Shown in pieces: positions 26,737-32,000 of a stretch of DNA of 32,000 bases. Both the position numbers and the translations under genes were made by a program. Source of the stretch: Propionibacterium ruminifibrarum (GTDB lineage Bacteria > Actinomycetota > Actinomycetes > Propionibacteriales > Propionibacteriaceae). Position 1 is the first letter of the stretch, and every line of letters starts with the position of its first letter. The notes below the pieces were generated by a model, which saw only the letters and a program-made list of their open reading frames with translations, did not search any database and had not been told where the DNA came from. The stretch covers positions 148,706 to 180,705 of the forward strand of contig NZ_OMOH01000001.1 of the NCBI RefSeq assembly GCF_900289195.1, written 5' to 3'.

Positions 26737-27371
26737 TGCCACCCGATCGCCTGACCCAGGGCCTGCTGCGCCACGACCTGCAGTCGGTGGCCGCGCTCAT
26801 CAACCGCGGTGAACGAGTCCTCGACCTCGGCTGCGGCGACGGCGACCTGCTCGCCTACCTGATCGGCGCCATGGGCTGCACCGGCACCGGCGTCGAACGC
26901 GATCCCGGAGCCGTCATGGCGGCCATCGGCAGGGGAGTGCCGCTGATCGAGCTCGATCTCGACACCCAGCTGGAGGAGTTCGGCGATGACTCCTTCGACG
27001 TCGTCGTGCTGTCCCGCACACTGCAGGCTGTGCTCCACCCCAAGGACGTCATCGTGCAGATGCGCCGCATCGGCCGGCGTCTCATCGTGACCATGCCAAA
27101 CTTCGGTTACTGGCAGCACCGGTTGCGCCTACTGAGCGGCCGCATGCCGCAGAGCCGCGATCTGCCCTACACCTGGTACGACACCCCGAACCTGCACCAC
27201 ACGACACTGGTCACGCTCGAGGAGTTCTTCGACGAGTGCGGTCTCGTCATCGAGAAGCGGATCCCCCTCGATGGCAGGGGACGCCAGCCGCGCATCGGCG
27301 AACACTTCCTGCAGCACGGCGCGAATCTGCTGGCCGGCTCGGCGATCTATGTCCTCGCCCGCAGCAACTGA
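26736..27371 (+). CDS. metW: Methionine biosynthesis protein MetW (SAM-MTase fold)
   Basis: The pattern is RVLDLGCGDGDLLAYL...VVLSRTLQAV...MPNFGYWQHRLRLLSGRMP...WYDTPNLHHTTL. The start overlaps the metX stop (TGATG). Confidence 0.85.
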   Translation: MPPDRLTQGLLRHDLQSVAALINRGERVLDLGCGDGDLLAYLIGAMGCTGTGVERDPGAVMAAIGRGVPLIELDLDTQLEEFGDDSFDVVVLSRTLQAVLHPKDVIVQMRRIGRRLIVTMPNFGYWQHRLRLLSGRMPQSRDLPYTWYDTPNLHHTTLVTLEEFFDECGLVIEKRIPLDGRGRQPRIGEHFLQHGANLLAGSAIYVLARSN

Positions 27372-27440
27372 CCCGCCGGGACGCGGGGCACAATGCGGGC
27401 AGCCGGCCTCTGCCCCGCGTGTTCTGACAAAATAACGGTC

Positions 27441-27908
27441 ATGGAGTCGACCGACCAGAAGATTCTCGCGCTGCTGGCCCGCGACGGGCGGATGTCTTTC
27501 ACGGACATCGGCCGCGAAACCGGCCTGTCAACGTCCGCCGCCCAGCAGCGCGTGCGGCGTCTCGAACAACGCGGCTTCATCCTCGGATACCGCGCCCAGA
27601 TCAACAGCAAGGCGCTCGGTCGTTCGCTGGTCGCCTTCATCAAGATCATTCCGGTCAGTCAGGTGAGGGACGACTCCAGCGTGGTCGAAATGCTTGAGCA
27701 GATGTCGGAGATCACCGCGTGTTACTCGGTGGCCGGTGACGCCAGCTACCTCTGCCAGGCCGAGGTCGACACCCCCGAGGAGCTGGACGATCTGCTCACC
27801 CGCATCCGCATCGCGCAGCCGGTGGCCACCTCGACGACGATCGTGCTGCGCACCATGTTCGCCGGCAAACCCCTCGTCGACGATCCCGACACCGCGAGCG
27901 GCCCGTGA
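27441..27908 (+). CDS. Lrp/AsnC-family transcriptional regulator
   Basis: DQKILALLARDGRMSFTDIGRETGLSTSAAQQRVRRLEQRGFILGY is the HTH_AsnC region, followed by an ACT-like RAM domain. Confidence 0.85.
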   Translation: MESTDQKILALLARDGRMSFTDIGRETGLSTSAAQQRVRRLEQRGFILGYRAQINSKALGRSLVAFIKIIPVSQVRDDSSVVEMLEQMSEITACYSVAGDASYLCQAEVDTPEELDDLLTRIRIAQPVATSTTIVLRTMFAGKPLVDDPDTASGP

Positions 27909-29533
27909 ACGCCGCACCGCACACAGCCGCTCCGGCGGCCGGCGACCGTCGGCACCATCGCTCAGGGGCCCGGCGTGGCGGGCCACCGCCACTGGTCCTG
28001 ACCTGGTGGATGTCGCTCGTGGCATCCCTGGTGGCCGGCGGGCTGCTCGCCCTGGCCTTCCAGCCCTTCGGCCTCTGGTTCACCGCGCCGCTCGGTGTCG
28101 GCCTGCTGTGCTGGCTGTCCCGCCAGGCCCGCGTACGCCGGGTGCTGTGGTCCGGGTTCGCCGCGGGACTGGTCATGTACGGGGTGACGGTCAGTTTCGA
28201 GTACGTCGTGGACTGGTGGCTGCCGCTGCTGCTCGTGCCGGTCCTGGCCCTGTGGGTCGGGCTCATCGCGACCGTCCAGCGTCTCGTCCAGCGACTGCCG
28301 CTGTGGCCGTTGTGGGCCGCTGCGGCGTGGACTGCGGTCGAGGCCTGCGCGCAGCGCTTCCCGCTGGGCGGCTTCGCCTGGGACCGGCTGGGATTCAGCA
28401 CCGCCGATGCGCCGTTCGGCGGTTATCTGTGGGTTCTCGGCACGGCGGGCACGGGATTCGTCGTCGCTGTGACCGGCACGCTCCTGCTCGCCGCCCTCGA
28501 CGGCCTGGCAGGAACGCGCCGTCGTGTCGGACGAGTCGTGACGCCCCTCGTCGTGGCGGCCCTCGTCCTCGCCGGCGGGGTGGTGCTGCGGGCCGTCCCC
28601 GTGACCGCAACGGACGAGGGCGAGGTGACGATCGCCGTCGTCCAGGGCGACGTCGACGGCTCGGCGGGTCCGCACACCATGGGCTACGCGCGTTCGGTGA
28701 CGGACAACCACGTCTCCGAGACCATCATGGCGATGGCCCGCGCCCGGACGGGCCTGGACCCGATGCCCGATCTGGTGCTGTGGCCGGAGAACTCAACGGA
28801 CATGGACCCGAACACCGACGAGCAGACCCGCGAACTCATCGGCCGGGCCCAGTCCATCGCAGGCGTCCCGATCCTCGTCGGCGCCGTCACCGACGGACCC
28901 GGTGCCGACGAGCGCCAGACGACGGCGCTGTGGTGGACCGCCGCGGGCGAGACCGACCGCTACGCCAAGCGCAACGCCGTTCCCTTCGGCGAGTACACCC
29001 CCATGAAGGACCTCGTGTTCGCGCTCGTGCCGATGGCCAGGCAGGTGGGACGGCAGACGGTGCCGGGCACCGAGCCCGGCGTCATCGACGGGGAGCTCAA
29101 CGGCGGGCGCGTGCTGAGCGTCGGCGCCATCATCTGCTACGAGCTGGCCTTCGACGCCACCGTCTACGACACCGAGCGCCACGGCGGCCAGGTGATGACG
29201 GTCCAGTCCAATAACGCGACCTACGACGGCACCATGCAGCCGCTGCAGCAGTTCTCCATCACCCGCATCAGGGCCATGGAGATGCGGCGTGAGATCGTCG
29301 TGTCGACGACGAGTTCCTATTCCGGCCTGATCGGAGCCCGCGGCGAGGTCATCGCCCGCAGCACCCCGGGTACCGCCTATGCCCAGTCCTTCACCGTGCC
29401 GGTTCGCTCCGGGACCACGCCGGCCATGACGGTCGGTCCGCTCTGCGAGCTGGTGGGCGTTGCCCTGGTCGCGGCCGGCGCGGTGGCCGGGGTGATCGTG
29501 GGTCGTGCACGGCGCAGGGAGACGGATCGCTAG
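27905..29533 (+). CDS. lnt: Apolipoprotein N-acyltransferase
   Basis: N-terminal transmembrane segments (LLALAFQPFGLW...) are followed by a C-terminal nitrilase-type CN-hydrolase domain (VVQGDV...LVLWPENS...ICYELAF). The start is uncertain: GTG 27905 overlapping the Lrp stop, or ATG near 28009. Confidence 0.8.
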   Translation: MNAAPHTAAPAAGDRRHHRSGARRGGPPPLVLTWWMSLVASLVAGGLLALAFQPFGLWFTAPLGVGLLCWLSRQARVRRVLWSGFAAGLVMYGVTVSFEYVVDWWLPLLLVPVLALWVGLIATVQRLVQRLPLWPLWAAAAWTAVEACAQRFPLGGFAWDRLGFSTADAPFGGYLWVLGTAGTGFVVAVTGTLLLAALDGLAGTRRRVGRVVTPLVVAALVLAGGVVLRAVPVTATDEGEVTIAVVQGDVDGSAGPHTMGYARSVTDNHVSETIMAMARARTGLDPMPDLVLWPENSTDMDPNTDEQTRELIGRAQSIAGVPILVGAVTDGPGADERQTTALWWTAAGETDRYAKRNAVPFGEYTPMKDLVFALVPMARQVGRQTVPGTEPGVIDGELNGGRVLSVGAIICYELAFDATVYDTERHGGQVMTVQSNNATYDGTMQPLQQFSITRIRAMEMRREIVVSTTSSYSGLIGARGEVIARSTPGTAYAQSFTVPVRSGTTPAMTVGPLCELVGVALVAAGAVAGVIVGRARRRETDR

Positions 29534-29612
29534 ACTGAGCCCGTTGCCGCGCCGCCGCTGCAGTGATGTCTGATGGGCCCGTGCGGGCCCTCTCCAGTAC
29601 GAGGAGTGTGTC

Positions 29613-30422
29613 ATGGTTGACCGCAAGCACGAGTCCCTCGACAAGGTGCTCGTCATCATCCCCACCTACAACGAGGCCGAGAACCTGGAACCCATCGTCC
29701 AGCGGCTGCGCGAGGCGGTGCCCACCGCGGACGCCCTGATCGCCGATGACAACTCCCCGGACGGCACGGGTGCCATCGCTGATCGCCTGGCCGACCAGGA
29801 CGACCACATCCATGTGCTGCACCGTGCCGGCAAGGAGGGCCTGGCGGCCGCCTACGTCGCAGGCTTCCGGTGGGGGCTGGAGAACGGCTACGACGTGCTC
29901 GTCGAGATGGACGCCGACGGGTCCCACCAGCCGCAGTTCCTGCCCGCCATGCTCGCCGCGTTGCGCGATGCCGATATGGTGAAGGGATCACGCTGGGTGC
30001 GCGGCGGTGAGGTCGTCGACTACGACCCCAAGCGCGAATGGCTGTCACGGCTGGCGAACATCTGGATTCAGGCCGTGATGGATCTTCCGGTCCGTGACAG
30101 CACCGGCGGTTTCAACGCGTTCCGGGCCGGTGCACTGGAGAGCATGGACCTCGACACGATCGCCTCGAAGGGGTACACCTTCCAGGTGGATCTCACCCGG
30201 CGCGTCATCGCGGCGGGTGGCACGGTGGCCGAGGTACCCATCAGTTTCCCGGACCGCCAGCTCGGCGAGTCGAAGATGAGCGGTTCGATCATCGTCGAGG
30301 CGCTGCGCCGCACGGCCGGGTGGGGTTACGAGAAGCGTTCGGCCCAGGTCAGGGAACTCGCCGGCGCGGCAGCGGCCAGGATCAAGCCGCTGCTCGGCAG
30401 CCTCACCGACCAGACCCGCTGA
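29613..30422 (+). CDS. ppm1: Polyprenol-monophosphomannose synthase (GT2 family)
   Basis: The pattern is VLVIIPTYNEAENL...IADDNSPDGTG...GKEGLAAAYVAGF...VEMDADGSHQP...GGFNAFR...YTFQVD. It lies immediately downstream of lnt, as in other actinobacteria. Confidence 0.8.
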   Translation: MVDRKHESLDKVLVIIPTYNEAENLEPIVQRLREAVPTADALIADDNSPDGTGAIADRLADQDDHIHVLHRAGKEGLAAAYVAGFRWGLENGYDVLVEMDADGSHQPQFLPAMLAALRDADMVKGSRWVRGGEVVDYDPKREWLSRLANIWIQAVMDLPVRDSTGGFNAFRAGALESMDLDTIASKGYTFQVDLTRRVIAAGGTVAEVPISFPDRQLGESKMSGSIIVEALRRTAGWGYEKRSAQVRELAGAAAARIKPLLGSLTDQTR

Positions 30423-30535
30423 CCGGCGAGGACCGGACCGTCGGCACCTTCTCTGCCGCCGCGGTGAGCCGGCGGCCGGCCTTGCGCGAGCAGCTTCCTG
30501 CGGCCCTTGAGCGCATTCGGGGAGCCGCAGAGCGG

Positions 30536-30874
30536 TCAGTAGTGCGGGGTGTTGCGCACGACCTCGAGGCGTTCGGCGAGTAACTCCTCCAGCTCGGAGA
30601 TCGAACGGCGTTCCAGCAGCATGTCCCAGTGGGTGCGAGGCGGTTTGACCTGCTTGTCCTCGGGCTGGGTGCCGTCGGAACGAGCCGCCACGGCCCCGCA
30701 GCGCGGGCACTCCCACTCGGCCGGCAGCTCGGCCTCGGTCGAGAACGTGATGTCGAAGTGGTGGCCCTTGGGACAGTCGAAGCCCAACACCTTGCGGGCG
30801 GCGAACTCGACACCTTCCTCGTCCTCGAAGCTCTTGGCCCCGAGGCCCATACCGCGTAGTGCTCGATCTGCCAT
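30536..30874 (-). CDS. rbpA: RNA polymerase-binding protein RbpA
   Basis: The pattern is FDCPKGHHFDITFS...WECPRCG...PRTHWDMLLERRSISELEELLAERL. Confidence 0.9.
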   Translation of the reverse strand: MADRALRGMGLGAKSFEDEEGVEFAARKVLGFDCPKGHHFDITFSTEAELPAEWECPRCGAVAARSDGTQPEDKQVKPPRTHWDMLLERRSISELEELLAERLEVVRNTPHY

Positions 30875-31083
30875 CTCAATTCCTTCGTGTCCTGGCCCTC
30901 ACGGGCGATCCTGCATGACTCGGACGTATCGGCAGGGATGTCTTACCGTCTTCAACGAGGTGTGCACCGTCATTGTTCCACGGGCCGACACGACCCCACT
31001 GCCCCCACCACCCATTATCATCGGGCCCGGAATCGCGCACATCCCGTCGCCTGCCTCCGGGCCGCCCGTCCCGGGCGGGTGCC

Positions 31084-31878
31084 TCACCACAGCCCACGGT
31101 CCATGCACAGGGCCTTCAGCTCGGCGATCCGGTTCGAGACGATGCCGTCGACGCCGGCATCCATGAGCGAACGCATCTGGTCGGGGTCGTCGATCGTCCA
31201 CACGTGGACGCGCATGTCACGGCCGCGAGCAGTGCGCAGCAGCCCTCGGGTCAGGACGGTGATGTCGGCAGGCCCGATCCGCTGCCGCACGGGGATCTGG
31301 AAGGCCTGGACGCCCGCATTCACGAAGCGGGGGAGCACCGGCACGAAGGACGACCAGGCGACCGCGCACAGCGACGCCGACGTGGCCACCCGGGGCCCCA
31401 TGGCCCGACGGAAGGCGGCCAGCCGCAGGGGGCTGAAACTCGCCACGCAGACCCTGTCATGGGCGTTGTGACGACGAATCGCCCGCACCAGCGGCGTGAT
31501 GGCGTTGGACTCCTTGATGTCGATGTTGATGCGCGCCTCGGGCAACGCCTCGAAGACCTCGTCCATCGTGGGAATCGGTTCGCGGCCGCCGATGCGGGCG
31601 GCCCGCACCTGGGCCCACTCGAGTTTGGCGATGGCGCCCCGCTGATCGGTGACCCGGTCGAGCCTCATGTCGTGGAAGGCGAGCAACTCCCCATCCGACG
31701 TTGCATGCACATCGGTCTCGACGTAGCGGTAGCCCAGGTCGTCGACTGCGTGCCGGAAGGCCAGCAGGGAGTTCTCGAACTCCTCACCGACACTGTCGTC
31801 ACAGCCGCCGCGGTGGGCGAACGCGGAGAAGGGCACGTCGAAGAACGCGTAGTCGCTGGCGTTACGGCTTCCACTCAT
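31084..31878 (-). CDS. Glycerophosphodiester phosphodiesterase family protein
   Basis: The pattern is FAHRGG...ENSLLAFRHAVDDLGYRYVETDVHATSDGELLAFHD...IDIK...VHVWTIDD. The start is either ATG 31878 or GTG 31905. Confidence 0.8.
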   Translation of the reverse strand: MSGSRNASDYAFFDVPFSAFAHRGGCDDSVGEEFENSLLAFRHAVDDLGYRYVETDVHATSDGELLAFHDMRLDRVTDQRGAIAKLEWAQVRAARIGGREPIPTMDEVFEALPEARINIDIKESNAITPLVRAIRRHNAHDRVCVASFSPLRLAAFRRAMGPRVATSASLCAVAWSSFVPVLPRFVNAGVQAFQIPVRQRIGPADITVLTRGLLRTARGRDMRVHVWTIDDPDQMRSLMDAGVDGIVSNRIAELKALCMDRGLW

Positions 31879-31894
31879 GATCCGGGGACGCCTC

Positions 31895-32000
31895 TCAGCC
31901 GACACCGGGAAGACGGGACAGCAGCCGGACGGCCCAGCCAGGAACCCAGGAGGGGATGCCGACGACCAGCAGAGCGATGTAGAAGCAGACCACGACGACG
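31895..32000 (-). CDS. 3' end of a membrane-protein gene (partial, continues beyond the window)
   Basis: The open frame reads ...VVVVCFYIALLVVGIPSWVPGWAVRLLSRLPGVG*, a hydrophobic C-terminus. Only about 35 codons are visible. Confidence 0.4.
   Translation of the reverse strand, partial: VVVVCFYIALLVVGIPSWVPGWAVRLLSRLPGVG

Noticed and set aside
30454-30476. A GC-rich hairpin (GCCGCC...GGCGGC) between ppm1 and rbpA as a bidirectional terminator
   Set aside because: The stem is short and imperfect and there is no U or A tract on either side. The evidence is too weak to annotate.

Overview
This is a high-GC actinobacterial chromosome segment; hand-counted 60-nt lines in the core part give 62-77% G+C. 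The left ~12 kb is accessory DNA. (1) 1-5135 is a four-deep nest of insertion sequences: IS30 inside IS3, inside IS256, inside ISL3. Each insertion keeps its own target-site duplication, and every transposase gene except the IS3 orfA is decayed. (2) 5136-12260 is a lower-GC island (38-57% in sampled lines) with defence-type content. It holds a translationally coupled ParB/Srx-domain protein plus Dam-like (D12) methyltransferase, a second decayed IS3 copy, a protein with a C-terminal HEPN-like Rx6H motif followed by a decayed small ORF, and a type II R-M operon (beta-class DPPY methyltransferase plus putative endonuclease). The ParB-like/Dam pair has no recognisable canonical endonuclease partner and is my best candidate for an undescribed system. 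(3) From 12264 onward the genes look like core genome. They are an aldo/keto reductase, tRNA-Pro(GGG), a tight SRPBCC / sucrose-type MFS permease / USP / amylosucrase operon, luxS, IclR-eda-kdgK with an AT-rich operator region, and a DHA2 MFS exporter. These are followed by a cobalamin-riboswitch-like leader in front of an ABC permease plus NMT1-like lipoprotein with no ATPase gene, then metX-metW, an Lrp/AsnC regulator, lnt, ppm1, rbpA and a GDPD-family phosphodiesterase. I saw no CRISPR array, rRNA gene or integrase. All functional calls come from reading motifs in the supplied translations by eye; no database search was possible.
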